DNA of 64,000 nucleotides. It comes from Blastocatellia bacterium. Lineage in GTDB: Bacteria; Acidobacteriota; Blastocatellia; RBC074. Below the pieces are notes generated by a model that made no database searches, had not been told where the DNA came from, and saw only the letters and a program-made list of their open reading frames with translations. The stretch is taken from positions 6,170-70,169 of the forward strand of contig DASTMP010000173.1 in NCBI GenBank assembly GCA_035714085.1, read 5' to 3'. Made by a program: the position numbers and the translations under genes. This document shows, in pieces, positions 1-9,982 of this stretch (positions within the stretch are counted from its first letter, which is position 1; each line of letters opens with the position of its first letter).

Positions 1-1078
1 AGAAGCTCTCGGCGAAGCTGTAAGAGATCGAGCGCCCCGCCGGCGAGGGCGAGATGATCCAGTTGGCCCAGATACTTTGGGTGGGCGCTCCGATCTCGGC
101 GCCTATCGGCTGTCCCCAGAAAACTCTCTTGCCGCCGCTCTCAGCTCCGCGGTAAATGACGTTGAGCGTACGAATCTGCGCCGCGGTGAAGCAGTCTTTT
201 CCGTCAACGTCATTGGCGCAAACCGGCGACTCTTTGGCCGGATCGAAATCGCATCGTCGGGGATCGTCAATCAATCCGTCAACCAGGCCGTCGGCGCCGT
301 CGCATTTCGCATAGACGCGCTCGGCGATGAGCTTCAACTTCTCTAGCGGAACCGGTGCGGCTTCGAGCGCGCGAATCGACGGAACGTAATTGGTCATCGT
401 GCCCGTTAAATCGAGCACCGGCGCGCCGACGACTATGCCGTCGAAATCGTCAGGGAAGCGCTGGGCCGAGATCAAACCCTGCCTGCCTCCGGTGGAACAC
501 CCGTCGAAATAAGACCGCGCGGGGGCATTGCCGTAATACTCGCGGATGATCCGCTTCGAGGTATCGGCCGTGACGTGGACGGCTCGGAAGGCGTAATCGA
601 GCAGTTTCTGCCGATTGACGGCGAATGTCCCGAGCGGTTCGTTGAGGGCGTCATGGCCGGTGTTGGTCTGGGCGACGGCGAAGCGGGCCTTGAGCGCCGT
701 GTTTCGAGTATTGACGCGTTGCGGCGCTGTGAGCGTCTCGCCCGCATACCCGCCGTTCCCGAACATATAAAACCGGTTATTCCAGGACGATGGCAGACTC
801 AGCTCAAAGCGCACCTCCGGCAGAATCTGTCCCGTGACGTGGCAATATTCCGGCAGGTCGCCGGAAGCCGGAACCAGCGCCGCCGTCTCGATCGAGAACT
901 CATACCCGCTCAGGCTCACGAGCGCGCCGCATCCGACTTCGGCCCGTTTCGGTTTAACGACGGCTCCGTCATTGAGCGACGGCTTCCAATCTCTGAACTG
1001 AACGCCATTCTGCGCCAGCGCAGACGAGGTTGACGATAGAAGGAGCGAAACCAGGAGAATGATGGATCGTCTGTTCAT
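1..1078 (-). CDS. Tannase/feruloyl-esterase family alpha/beta hydrolase, secreted; N-terminal part only (3' end lies beyond the window start)
   Basis: It is absent from the ORF track because there is no stop in the window. My own minus-strand translation from ATG 1078-1076 gives [23 protein letters not shown] (signal peptide) ...[16 protein letters not shown]...[13 protein letters not shown].... GCSxGGRQ is the nucleophile motif I remember for Pfam PF07519. The frame was checked (1078-511 is divisible by 3). There is an ATGA start/stop overlap with the upstream cytochrome c gene. Confidence 0.7.
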   Translation of the reverse strand, partial: MNRRSIILLVSLLLSSTSSALAQNGVQFRDWKPSLNDGAVVKPKRAEVGCGALVSLSGYEFSIETAALVPASGDLPEYCHVTGQILPEVRFELSLPSSWNNRFYMFGNGGYAGETLTAPQRVNTRNTALKARFAVAQTNTGHDALNEPLGTFAVNRQKLLDYAFRAVHVTADTSKRIIREYYGNAPARSYFDGCSTGGRQGLISAQRFPDDFDGIVVGAPVLDLTGTMTNYVPSIRALEAAPVPLEKLKLIAERVYAKCDGADGLVDGLIDDPRRCDFDPAKESPVCANDVDGKDCFTAAQIRTLNVIYRGAESGGKRVFWGQPIGAEIGAPTQSIWANWIISPSPAGRSISYSFAESF

Positions 1079-1614
1079 TTTTCACTACTCGCTTTCGATG
1101 GCTTCGGTCCGATGCTGCGAATGTAGTTGACGACTTGCCAGATCTGCTTCTCTGTGAGCTTCTCTTTGTAAGCCAGCATGTCAGCCGACACGCCGTCGCG
1201 GATGACGACGAAGATTTCGCCATCGGTCGAGCCGTGGTCCCAGGCGTCGTCGGTCAGATCGGAGGGCTCGCCGCCTGAAAGCGCCATGCCGCCGTCGCCT
1301 TTGCCGTTCGGACCGTGGCACGCGGCGCAATGGCGTTGATAGAGTTTCTTCCCGGCTTCGACGGATTCGGCGTTCTGCGGCTCGGGATTCTTGAGTTTCT
1401 GCGCTTCGAGATTACGGCGTGGCTCCTGAGCCTGCGCGCCTGGGTTACGGTACGGGGAGCGTGAGCGACCTGAACCTCCCGAACCGCACTCCTTGCCGAG
1501 GCTCAGGTCGCTCACGCTCCCCGTACCGTACCAGGCCATCATGACTACCGCAAAAATGCATAAGACCCTCGCCGACAAACGGCGCGCGGCGCCTCTGCTA
1601 TTCCTGAGGGACAT
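1075..1614 (-). CDS. Secreted mono-haem class I c-type cytochrome
   Basis: It has one CxxCH motif ([13 protein letters not shown]) and a downstream Met ligand region ([10 protein letters not shown]). The N-terminal signal-like segment is [17 protein letters not shown]. The start is ATG at 1614-1612. Confidence 0.8.
   Translation of the reverse strand: MSLRNSRGAARRLSARVLCIFAVVMMAWYGTGSVSDLSLGKECGSGGSGRSRSPYRNPGAQAQEPRRNLEAQKLKNPEPQNAESVEAGKKLYQRHCAACHGPNGKGDGGMALSGGEPSDLTDDAWDHGSTDGEIFVVIRDGVSADMLAYKEKLTEKQIWQVVNYIRSIGPKPSKASSEK
1447..1529. repeat. REP-like palindromic element, family A (27-bp perfect arms, 29-nt loop), located inside the cytochrome c CDS
   Basis: Arm acggtacggggagcgtgagcgacctga at 1447-1473 is the exact reverse complement of 1503-1529. 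A near-identical element lies at 34566-34659. Confidence 0.85.
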
Positions 1615-2089
1615 CGAAATTCTCCATCAGATATTCGGGCCGCCGCTCGCGCAGGTGCAGAAACAGTTCGTGCGCCAGATTGATGATGCGGTTGACCCCG
1701 TAGGCGTATTGATTGTTTTTGACCTTGATGGATACGGAAACGAAGCCTCCACGGTTCGCGCAGGAAACCTCGGCCCGTTTGCGATCAATCCGCCGGTGCT
1801 CTGGCAATTCTCTGTCGTGCCGCCGCTCGATGAAGCTCTTCAATTCGGCGTAGAGCGCCGATTTCGCCGGAACGTTCGGCAGAAGCCGTTTGAATCGCAG
1901 CTCGTTTTTCGCCGCATCCACGCTCAGTTCCATCCGATGATTGATTACCCAAACGAACTGGAAGTGACCGTTCTTGATTTCGCTAAAGCCGCGAAAGACG
2001 CCGCGGTCGGCATACGTCTGCAGGCTCTCTCTGACAACATTCAAAGGCTTATTTATCTGTCTTTGGGCAATTGTCATCGCTGTCTTCAT
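1598..2089 (-). CDS. Hypothetical protein (family not recognised)
   Basis: The ORF-track ORF 1598-2128 starts at TTG. The first ATG (MKTAMTIAQ) is at 2089 and avoids overlap with the upstream gene. It has protein-like composition and overlaps the cytochrome c start by 17 nt, suggesting an operon. Confidence 0.4.
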   Translation of the reverse strand: MKTAMTIAQRQINKPLNVVRESLQTYADRGVFRGFSEIKNGHFQFVWVINHRMELSVDAAKNELRFKRLLPNVPAKSALYAELKSFIERRHDRELPEHRRIDRKRAEVSCANRGGFVSVSIKVKNNQYAYGVNRIINLAHELFLHLRERRPEYLMENFDVPQE

Positions 2090-2105
2090 TATGCCGAGTA
2101 GTTCA

Positions 2106-2834
2106 TCACTGGCGACTTTTGGAACCAACCTGATATGGCGGTTTTTGCAATTGAACCAATACGACGTCCGCTGGCTCTACGCCACGCTTGTCATGATCGC
2201 GGATAAACCGAAAGCGACAGGAGTCTCCGCCCGTCGAGATCGTTGATGGGCGCTCCGTGCGAATCGGACGAGGCGACCGGTCAATAACTTCCATCCAAAT
2301 GCGGTCGAACATGCACAAGACAGGCGTCAGAGTGGGTTCGCCGTGGTCCACAAAAAACTGATGGTAAGCGCAGCGGCGCACCACCAATACCACCGCGTCG
2401 TCCGTTTTCTCCTCGGCGAACTCCATGCCAGTTCCCTGGTTGCGCTGGAAAAACCGGGCCAGGGACCAGCGACTCAAAAACCCGACCGGATCATGCGCGA
2501 GCCAGAGCCAGAGCTTGATCAGCAAGCGCCAGGGACGTTCCAAAGTTTGTTGAAAGACCGTGCGCGCGAAGGCATACGCGCCGACGTCGTCGCCTGTCTC
2601 TGCGCGGAATTCCCGGAATGCGGCGAGCATTAGCGAACAATACGCATAAATCGCTCTGGCTTGCGAATCGGGGAGCGCCGCCACGCTCGCGTCAAAAACC
2701 TGCTGCGTATGATCTCGGATGCGCGCGACTAACAATTCGGCTTCGGGCGCCTTCCCCCGCAGTTCACGGCGACAATTACGCAGGAAGAAATAGCCCAATA
2801 TGTTAATGACCGGGTTTCCGAATCGGAGACGCAT
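2106..2834 (-). CDS. L-2-amino-thiazoline-4-carboxylic acid (ATC) hydrolase-like family protein
   Basis: The C-terminal pattern [12 protein letters not shown]....C.FD........[13 protein letters not shown] resembles my memory of PF14196. The assignment is by motif only. Confidence 0.5.
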   Translation of the reverse strand: MRLRFGNPVINILGYFFLRNCRRELRGKAPEAELLVARIRDHTQQVFDASVAALPDSQARAIYAYCSLMLAAFREFRAETGDDVGAYAFARTVFQQTLERPWRLLIKLWLWLAHDPVGFLSRWSLARFFQRNQGTGMEFAEEKTDDAVVLVVRRCAYHQFFVDHGEPTLTPVLCMFDRIWMEVIDRSPRPIRTERPSTISTGGDSCRFRFIRDHDKRGVEPADVVLVQLQKPPYQVGSKSRQ

Positions 2835-2946
2835 CCTGATCAGTGATTATAGGACATTCGCCCAGGTTCGACCGGCATAGGCCTGCAAGTTCACTCTGAC
2901 CGCGCTCAGCGGCTTAACTGTCGTTTGTGTTTGTGAGATTGTCATC

Positions 2947-3528
2947 TCAAGATTCCCAGGCGCAACGGGGCCATTTCAATTTTAAGGGCGTCCATTTCCC
3001 GTCTTTCTTTTGGAGGACATGAAATCTACCTCCGCCGGAGAGACTCCAACTGTGACGCCCCATATAAACAACCGCCACCGTCTTGTCGGCGTTGAACCCG
3101 ATTGCCGACAGTTCGATCCAACCGCCTGAATTCGGATACTGTTTATAGAAATTCTCCCATCCCCCCTGTTTAAGCGCTGACCTCAATTCATCGTAGGGAA
3201 TAAGTTCATACGGCTTTTCGATGCTGAGCCGCCGTTGGAGCAGCCAGGCCATTTTGTTTAATTTGACATACTCGGAAATCGCCTGCCCGATTATTTTCTC
3301 TGATTCAGCCTCAGGTTGAAGGCACATTTTATAACCAATGGTTTCACTCCGAATGACCAAAGATTTTGCGTTCCCCAATAGCGACGGCCATACTGTTGGA
3401 AGGATGACGGAATATACCTCATAGGCCTCGGCGTCCTCGTACGAGTTTGGTTGGGCGTCCTTATTTGTCGCGCCATTTTGAAAGAGCGATAGAGACGAGA
3501 TCAGCAGCGATACAATTTGTAATAGCAT
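2947..3528 (-). CDS. Hypothetical secreted protein
   Basis: The ORF-track start 3585 is TTG. ATG 3528 (MLLQIVSLLISSLSLFQ, signal-like) is preceded by GGAGAG. Its GC content is lower than that of its neighbours. Confidence 0.45.
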   Translation of the reverse strand: MLLQIVSLLISSLSLFQNGATNKDAQPNSYEDAEAYEVYSVILPTVWPSLLGNAKSLVIRSETIGYKMCLQPEAESEKIIGQAISEYVKLNKMAWLLQRRLSIEKPYELIPYDELRSALKQGGWENFYKQYPNSGGWIELSAIGFNADKTVAVVYMGRHSWSLSGGGRFHVLQKKDGKWTPLKLKWPRCAWES

Positions 3529-3577
3529 TTGTCTCTCCACTATTGAGTCCGGTCTCGACCGTGCTGTGCGAAGCGAG

Positions 3578-4414
3578 TCATCCAATCACCTGAACATATC
3601 GGTCGAGAACAGGCAGGACTTTATCCCGCCCCGCAGGCGGCACATAGAAAATCGCCCGCTCCACGCCGGCGCGCTCCAGATCATCCAGCGCTTTGCGCTC
3701 CGCATTGGCCGCGAAAATAGTAATGGAGATGGAACTCGGGTCACGATCCGCTTCTTCGGCTCTCCTCCTTAACTCGGCGATCTTCTCTTCGGCGTTGACT
3801 AACCGGAGGCCGATGGGCATCCACCCGTCACAGAATTCTATGACGCGTTCGAATGTGGTCGGCCCATTTCCTCCCATCAGGATCGGAGGATGAGGCTTCT
3901 GCACGGGCTTGGGGAACGACCAGATCGGGTCGAAGTTGACGAACTCGCCATGAAATTCAGCTTCGTCCTTGGTCCAGATCTCTTTAATGGCGAGCGCTCT
4001 CTCCCTGAGCACGCGCCAACGCCGCTTGTAATCGGTTCCGTGATTCTCCATCTCTTCGGCGTTCCATCCGCCGCCGATGCCGAAGATGACTCTCCCGTTC
4101 GAAAGCTTGTCTAGAGTCGCAACCTCTTTGGCGGTGACGATCGGGTCACGCTCGATCACAAGGCAGATGCCCGTGCCCAGACGGAGTTGTGTTGTAGCCG
4201 ATGCGGCGGCAGTTAGAGCGATAAAAGGATCGTAAGTGTGCCAATACTCACGAGGCAGGTCCCCGCCGCCGGGCCACGGGGTTCTGCGGCTCGCGGGAAT
4301 GTGGGTGTGTTCCGGAAACCAGATTGACTCAAATCCACGTTGCTCGACCTCGCGCGCCAACTCATCCGGACTGATCGCGTATTCTGTCGGAAACATCGCT
4401 ATTCCGATATGCAT
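3578..4414 (-). CDS. LLM-class (luciferase-like) F420/flavin-dependent oxidoreductase
   Basis: The sequence MHIGIAMFPTEY...WFPEHTHIP...GIGGGWNAEEMENHG...PPILMGG is typical of luciferase-like monooxygenase family members. ATG 4414 has a GAGGGGGAG RBS, and the longer ORF-track start is unlikely. Confidence 0.75.
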   Translation of the reverse strand: MHIGIAMFPTEYAISPDELAREVEQRGFESIWFPEHTHIPASRRTPWPGGGDLPREYWHTYDPFIALTAAASATTQLRLGTGICLVIERDPIVTAKEVATLDKLSNGRVIFGIGGGWNAEEMENHGTDYKRRWRVLRERALAIKEIWTKDEAEFHGEFVNFDPIWSFPKPVQKPHPPILMGGNGPTTFERVIEFCDGWMPIGLRLVNAEEKIAELRRRAEEADRDPSSISITIFAANAERKALDDLERAGVERAIFYVPPAGRDKVLPVLDRYVQVIG

Positions 4415-4431
4415 AAGCTCCCCCTCGGAAA

Positions 4432-6381
4432 TCAGTGGTTGTAAGACATGCACCCGGGTTCGACAGTGCCGAGGAAGCCCGGCGGGAATTGCTGACTGGC
4501 CCAGAATTCCTTCTTCGCCTGGCAATTGATTAGTGAAGGCCGGCTCTCCTTGACGGCGATCTGGTAACAGCGTTCGAGCGCCGCGCGGAAGTCTCCCGGC
4601 TGGGTCACGTACTCGCCGTGCGCGCCGAGGCCTTCGGCGACCTTGTCATAACGCACATTCTCCTGAAACAGGTGGAGGCTCAACGTTACGGGGCTGCGGC
4701 TGTTGCCCGACCACGTGCCCCAGGCGTTGTTGTTGTATACGATCACGACTATAGGCATGCGGTATTTCGAAGCGGTCTCGAGCTCCATGATCGTGTAGCC
4801 GATGCCGGCGTCGCCCGTGACGCAGATCACCGGAGCGCCTTTGTACGCGGCCTGCACGCTGACGCCGTTCTGCACCGCAGCCGCGGCGCCGAACGCGTAA
4901 CCGACATCCGGCCCAATCGCTCCGTATTGATACGCCCCATTCAGAATCTGGCCCGGACGGTAACCGCGCAACCAGCGGCGCACATATCTCGCAATGCCGT
5001 ATCCGCCCGAGACGAATGTTGTCTGCTCTTTGGGCAGTTTGCCGCGATACATAAAATCGCTCAGTTCTTTGGCGATCACCGCCGGGTGGACGGCATCGGC
5101 GTAGCTCAAGCCTTTCGCGTAGTAAGCTTCGTTTTCGTCTTCGAATTTCTTCCGCGCCGCCGCGATCTCGGCCACCCACGCATCGTGTTTCATCGGGGGC
5201 AGGGCGTCGGCGAGGGCTTCGAGCGCCGCCTTTTCGCAACTGACCATGCCGACGTCTATTGGCACGTTGCGGCCTATGTCTTCGGGACACGGATCGATGC
5301 GAATGTATTTGGCGTCCGGCCCGAAGGCGAACTCGCCGACCTTCGGCATGCAATACTGGCCTGCCAGCACAACGACGTCGGCGCTGGCGAGCGCGTCCGG
5401 CGCGGCGTTGGCCGAAAGCGGGCTCGCGTCAGAGAACTGCCCCTTCACCGCGCCTGATTCGACGACCGGAATCTGCGCCTTCTCGGCCAGGCGCTTCAGC
5501 GCGTCCCAGGCGCGGCTGTAAAAGACCCCGTTGCTCGAGACGATGATCGGACGCTGAGCCTGTTTGAGCAGTTCGACCGCGGCCGCGACGTCCTTCGGCC
5601 CGGGGTGCGGCTTGGCGGTCGTGCGGTATTTGCCCTTGTCGTGGTAGTACTCCAGATCGCCCGGCTTCTCGAAGCGCGCGCGCGTGACTTCCGCCGGAAA
5701 ATCGAGATGCGCCGGACGCGGGACTCCCGAGCGCAGCTGCCGGAACGCATAAGCGCCATACTCATGAATGCGCTTCGGAGTGATCAACCGCTTGCCATAC
5801 TTCTTCAATCCTTCGGTGGTCGGCTGCTGATAGCCGAGTTGAATGCCATACTCCGTGTCTTCATTGGCGATCGTCATGTTGCTGGCGAGCACGAGCACCG
5901 GCGAGCGCGCCGCATTGGCCGCGGCGATGGCGTTGATCATGTCGGTGAAGCCCGGCCCTTCCGTCCCTGATGCGGCCGCGACCTCGCCCGTCACACGACA
6001 GAAGCCGTCGGCGGCATGGCACATCGCGCCTTCGTGGCGACCGGAGTAGGTCAGGATGCCTTCGAGCGCAATGGCGTTGACGACAGCGTAATTGCCGGGG
6101 CAGGAGAAGAGCGCGGCAAGCCCTTCTTCCTTGCAGAGTCGCGCGAAGACCTGCGCGCCGGTCATGGGAAAGCTGGCCGGAGACAGCGTGGCTTTGGCCG
6201 CCTGGGCGAATTCGTCAGGAATTTTGATCGTCCTGTTTTCAGGCGTGTCGGCGGCGTTCGCCTTGTTGTCCCCAAATGCGATAACCGTCCCCGCCCCGGC
6301 CATCGCTTTGGTTATGAACTTTCTTCTGGAGACGTCCGGCCCGTTTTTTTTGGCTCTGTTTTTGTTATCGGTGTTATCCAT
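4432..6381 (-). CDS. Thiamine-diphosphate-dependent enzyme (acetolactate synthase/benzoylformate decarboxylase superfamily) with a twin-arginine signal peptide
   Basis: The ThDP-binding motif is [33 protein letters not shown]. The N-terminus [22 protein letters not shown]...ANA matches the Tat consensus S/T-R-R-x-F-L-K followed by an h-region and AxA. The RBS is GGAGAGG. Confidence 0.8.
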   Translation of the reverse strand: MDNTDNKNRAKKNGPDVSRRKFITKAMAGAGTVIAFGDNKANAADTPENRTIKIPDEFAQAAKATLSPASFPMTGAQVFARLCKEEGLAALFSCPGNYAVVNAIALEGILTYSGRHEGAMCHAADGFCRVTGEVAAASGTEGPGFTDMINAIAAANAARSPVLVLASNMTIANEDTEYGIQLGYQQPTTEGLKKYGKRLITPKRIHEYGAYAFRQLRSGVPRPAHLDFPAEVTRARFEKPGDLEYYHDKGKYRTTAKPHPGPKDVAAAVELLKQAQRPIIVSSNGVFYSRAWDALKRLAEKAQIPVVESGAVKGQFSDASPLSANAAPDALASADVVVLAGQYCMPKVGEFAFGPDAKYIRIDPCPEDIGRNVPIDVGMVSCEKAALEALADALPPMKHDAWVAEIAAARKKFEDENEAYYAKGLSYADAVHPAVIAKELSDFMYRGKLPKEQTTFVSGGYGIARYVRRWLRGYRPGQILNGAYQYGAIGPDVGYAFGAAAAVQNGVSVQAAYKGAPVICVTGDAGIGYTIMELETASKYRMPIVVIVYNNNAWGTWSGNSRSPVTLSLHLFQENVRYDKVAEGLGAHGEYVTQPGDFRAALERCYQIAVKESRPSLINCQAKKEFWASQQFPPGFLGTVEPGCMSYNH

Positions 6382-6593
6382 GGCCTCTCCTGTTGTTGCC
6401 CGTCGTTTATGGACAGATGACTGGGTTTACACGCTGTCGTCGCGCAATACCGCCCCGCAACGGCGCTGGAATATAACGGTTTGAAGTCTTGAGCAAAACT
6501 GAAAATGATGATCGAAATGCTTGCCTACCGGTCGGTAAGTATAGTGAAATTGGCCGCGGCTGGCAATGTCACACCGAAAGCTGAGGCGAACAT

Positions 6594-7463
6594 ATGCGAC
6601 AACTTTTCCCGCTCTCCTTTTTGCTGCTGCTGATCCCACTGGTTCCGCAACCGGCCGGCGGATCGCCGCAGGAAACATCGAACGCCACAAGCTTCCATCA
6701 CGTCCACCTGAATTCGACCGACCCGGCGAAGGCGATTGATTTCTACACGCGAACCTTCGATGTGACGAAGAAGGCTGCGCTCGCCGGCTTTGACGGAGTT
6801 CAGAGCGAGAAGATGTATTTGCTCTTCAACAAAGTAAAATCTCCTCCGCCGGCCTCTCCGGACAGCGCCATCTGGCATTTCGGGTGGGGCAGCGCCTCAA
6901 TGGAGGCCGATTACCAGAAGCATCTTGCGAATGGCGTGACATTTCACACGCCGATGACCAGGCTGGGATCGGGGCTGTTGTTTGCTTATATGAAGGCGCC
7001 GGATGGCGCGTTGGTCGAGATCAACACGTCGAATACACGCGCCTTTATCCACGTCCATTTATACAGCGACGCGCCGCTCTGCGCCGCCGAGTGGTACGTC
7101 AAGCATCTGGGCGCGAGCAGCCGCTCGCAGCGCAGCGAACCCTGTGAAGTCCCATTCGCCGCGCCCAGCGAGCCGCTCGGCGTGATTCGTTCGCCGGCGG
7201 CGACAGTTAGGTTTGGCGAGGTCAGTTTGATAATCTACCCGCGCCAGCGCCCAGGTCCACTGGTCAGCCCGCGCGGCCATGCCGTCGATCACATCGCGCT
7301 CGGCGTACCTGATTTAGCGGGCGCGCTGGATCGATTGCGGAAATCCGGAGTTAAGGTGTTGGAGGAAGCGCGCCCGTTCGGCGACAGCAAAACGCGCGCG
7401 GCGATGATCGAGGGACCGGATTCGATTGCGATCGAGTTAATTGAGGCGGCGCCGCGACCGTGA
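6594..7463 (+). CDS. Secreted VOC (glyoxalase/bleomycin-resistance/dioxygenase) family protein, two-domain
   Basis: It has a signal peptide MRQLFPLSFLLLLIPLV. Motifs FHHVHLNSTDPAKAIDFY and VDHIALGVPDLAGALDRLRKSGVKV are typical VOC beta-alpha-beta-beta-beta starts. Confidence 0.65.
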   Translation: MRQLFPLSFLLLLIPLVPQPAGGSPQETSNATSFHHVHLNSTDPAKAIDFYTRTFDVTKKAALAGFDGVQSEKMYLLFNKVKSPPPASPDSAIWHFGWGSASMEADYQKHLANGVTFHTPMTRLGSGLLFAYMKAPDGALVEINTSNTRAFIHVHLYSDAPLCAAEWYVKHLGASSRSQRSEPCEVPFAAPSEPLGVIRSPAATVRFGEVSLIIYPRQRPGPLVSPRGHAVDHIALGVPDLAGALDRLRKSGVKVLEEARPFGDSKTRAAMIEGPDSIAIELIEAAPRP

Positions 7464-7540
7464 GTGAGCGGCAAGCCGCCGTGGCGACCGCTAGATTACG
7501 CGCGCGGCGCCGTATCTTTGCATGAGGAGACTTACTCAAT

Positions 7541-8866
7541 TTGAAAAAATCAGCATCCAGCGACGCGTCAATTCGCAAGGTGGCGATCGCCAGCTTCATC
7601 GGCACGACCATCGAGTGGTACGACTTTTTCCTCTACATCACGGCCAGCGCGCTGATCTTCGGAAGGCTTTTCTTCCCGAAATACGACGCGCTGACCGGCG
7701 CTTTGGCTTCGTACGGCACGTCCGCGGTCGGCTTCCTCGCGCGCCCCATCGGCGGCATCGTCTGTGGACATTTCGGCGACCGAATAGGGCGCAAGTCCAT
7801 GCTGATCTTCACGCTATCGTTGATGGGCGTGGCGACGGCGTTGATCGGGCTGCTTCCGACCTATAACCAGATCGGCATCTGGGCGCCGGCGCTGCTGATC
7901 ACGCTGCGGATCGCGCAAGGCTTTGCGGTCGGCGGTGAATGGGGCGGCGCCGTGCTGATGGCGGTCGAGCATTCGCCGAAAGGCAAGCGCGGCTTTTATG
8001 GAAGCTGGCCGCAGGTTGGAGTCCCCGTCGGTCTGCTGCTTTCGACCGGCGTCTTCGCGCTGATCTCGAAACTGCCCGAAGATATTCTCTTCTCGTGGGG
8101 ATGGCGCGTCGCGTTTCTATTTAGCGTTCTGCTTGTGGGCGTCGGCCTGTATGTCAGACTGGCGATGACCGAACCGCCGGCGTTCGCTGAGATAAAACGA
8201 ACCGGCTCTGAATCGAAGGCGCCGATCCTCGATACGTTGCGCCAGCATCCGAAAAATGTCGTCCTGGCAATGGGGGCCAGAGTAGCCGAGAATGGAGCGT
8301 TTTATCTCTACACGGGCTTTATCTTGACCTTTGCCACGCAACCGCAAATCGGGTTCTCCAGAGCGGCGGTCCTTTACGCCATCGCGCTGGCCGCCGCCGT
8401 CGAAATCATCGCCATCCCGACCTACGGCTGGCTGTCCGACAAATTGGGCCGCAGACCGGTTTATCTTTTCGGCGCCATCTTCACCGGGCTGTTCGCCTTT
8501 CCGTTCTTCTGGCTGGTCGAAACGTCGAAAGTGAGTTTGATGACGCTGGCCATATTGGTCGCGCTCGTAGCCGGGCACTCGGCGATGTACGGGCCGCAGG
8601 CGAGCTTCTTCTCCGAACTCTTCGGGACGCGGGTTCGCTACAGCGGCGCTTCGCTCGGTTACCAGCTCGCCTCAGCCGTCGCGGGGGGGCTTTCGCCTCT
8701 CATCGCGACCGCGCTGCTTCAGCGTATGGGCGTTTCCTGGCCCATCGCGCTGTTTGTCGTGGGGATGGCGGCTGTAACCACGGTTTCGGTTTTTCTTGCG
8801 ACTGAGACCGCTCACGTGGAGATCAACGCTGAATCGGATGTCGGTCAGGTCGCGGCAAAAGGGTAG
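7541..8866 (+). CDS. MFS transporter, metabolite:H+ symporter (MHS) family
   Basis: IGTTIEWYDFFLY and GHFGDRIGRK motifs are characteristic of MHS members (ProP/KgtP/ShiA-like), with about 12 hydrophobic segments. The start is TTG at 7541 and is uncertain. Confidence 0.8.
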   Translation: MKKSASSDASIRKVAIASFIGTTIEWYDFFLYITASALIFGRLFFPKYDALTGALASYGTSAVGFLARPIGGIVCGHFGDRIGRKSMLIFTLSLMGVATALIGLLPTYNQIGIWAPALLITLRIAQGFAVGGEWGGAVLMAVEHSPKGKRGFYGSWPQVGVPVGLLLSTGVFALISKLPEDILFSWGWRVAFLFSVLLVGVGLYVRLAMTEPPAFAEIKRTGSESKAPILDTLRQHPKNVVLAMGARVAENGAFYLYTGFILTFATQPQIGFSRAAVLYAIALAAAVEIIAIPTYGWLSDKLGRRPVYLFGAIFTGLFAFPFFWLVETSKVSLMTLAILVALVAGHSAMYGPQASFFSELFGTRVRYSGASLGYQLASAVAGGLSPLIATALLQRMGVSWPIALFVVGMAAVTTVSVFLATETAHVEINAESDVGQVAAKG

Positions 8867-8927
8867 GGCGTATAATCGAATGAGAGGCCAACGCCTTCGC
8901 CGAATAATGTAGAGGAAGCGGAACTTG

Positions 8928-9911
8928 TCACTGGATCACGATCTTGCCGCTTTCGGTGCGCGCCTCGATGCGATTGCCGCCGCCGTTCACCTTCTGATGA
9001 AGGTTACGAACACTCGCGTTCGGTCTCTCCATGTCATCGCGATTTATCAGGACTTCGCCGGAGTTGGTCGTGGCATCGACTTCAAACCTGGCCGCTTCCG
9101 GAAGTTCGACGCGAATGCATCCCGAGACGGAACTCAACCGCCAATTGTCGTGCGGGACCGCCTTTACGCGCAGGTCTCCCCCAGCGGTCGAACCTATAAA
9201 GTCGCCGCTTGCGCCACCCACCTCGATTCTACCAGTCCCCTTTTTCACGGTTGCCTTGGATGGCCCCACAACCATAAGAACGATGTCTCCGTCTCCCGTC
9301 TCGGCGTCGACCCCTTGAAGCGCGCGACTGCAGGATATGGCGCCGGCGCCGGTCCTGGCTTCGACATGGGCGCCGATGGCCTCAATATCGAGATTCCCTG
9401 AGCCGGCCTCGGCCAGCGCGCCCTTTGACACATAGGACACTTTGATATCGCCCTTCTTGGTCTGGGTTTTCACTGGACCCGTGATCCCGGTGACCAATTG
9501 TTTTCCATTGTCCACGGCGGAATGGACTTCGGTCCGAAACGGCACATCGATTCTGCAGTCGATTCTGATCTTTTCCGCGACGGATTCGCCGCCGGATAGA
9601 TTCCGTATCCGCACGTGATTTCCGTCCTGCTCGACTGATATCCGAGTCGCAAGGAAATCTTCACCCGCTTTCGTACCAGGGGGAACCCGTGCGATCGCCA
9701 CAATCGAGACCTGTTCATCGCGGCCATGAGCAATTAGCAGATCTCCTTCAGACAGATGAACATCGAGAGTCACAGGATCAGCGCTTGTGACTTGAAGCGT
9801 CCGGTGATATTCGCGGACGGACTGCGCGAAGCCAAGCTGAGCGCATGCCATCAGCGCAACGGCAAGCGCAAGCGCCTGCGCAGACTGTAATCGCAAGTAG
9901 TTTTCTTTCAT
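8928..9911 (-). CDS. Secreted DUF4097-like beta-strand repeat protein (putative adhesin fold)
   Basis: It has a signal peptide and repeated G(D/N)(I/L)xV/xxxSGxI strand motifs (GDIKVSYV, SGNLDIEA, GAGAISCS, GDGDIVLMV, GGDLRVKA, SGCIRVEL). Confidence 0.5.
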   Translation of the reverse strand: MKENYLRLQSAQALALAVALMACAQLGFAQSVREYHRTLQVTSADPVTLDVHLSEGDLLIAHGRDEQVSIVAIARVPPGTKAGEDFLATRISVEQDGNHVRIRNLSGGESVAEKIRIDCRIDVPFRTEVHSAVDNGKQLVTGITGPVKTQTKKGDIKVSYVSKGALAEAGSGNLDIEAIGAHVEARTGAGAISCSRALQGVDAETGDGDIVLMVVGPSKATVKKGTGRIEVGGASGDFIGSTAGGDLRVKAVPHDNWRLSSVSGCIRVELPEAARFEVDATTNSGEVLINRDDMERPNASVRNLHQKVNGGGNRIEARTESGKIVIQ

Positions 9912-9982
9912 GGCTACTCCTCCTACAAATCGGGCGGTCCCCCGGTCCGACGCCGAGGAACCGCCGTTCCAGATCTCTGCGG

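Noticed and set aside
4618-5457. A 279-aa plus-strand ORF, and several others between 4646 and 6484, overlapping the ThDP enzyme gene
   Set aside because: These are antisense shadow ORFs typical of high-GC coding DNA. They have Arg/Ala/Gly-rich composition, no motifs and no RBS, and the minus-strand gene has clear family signatures.
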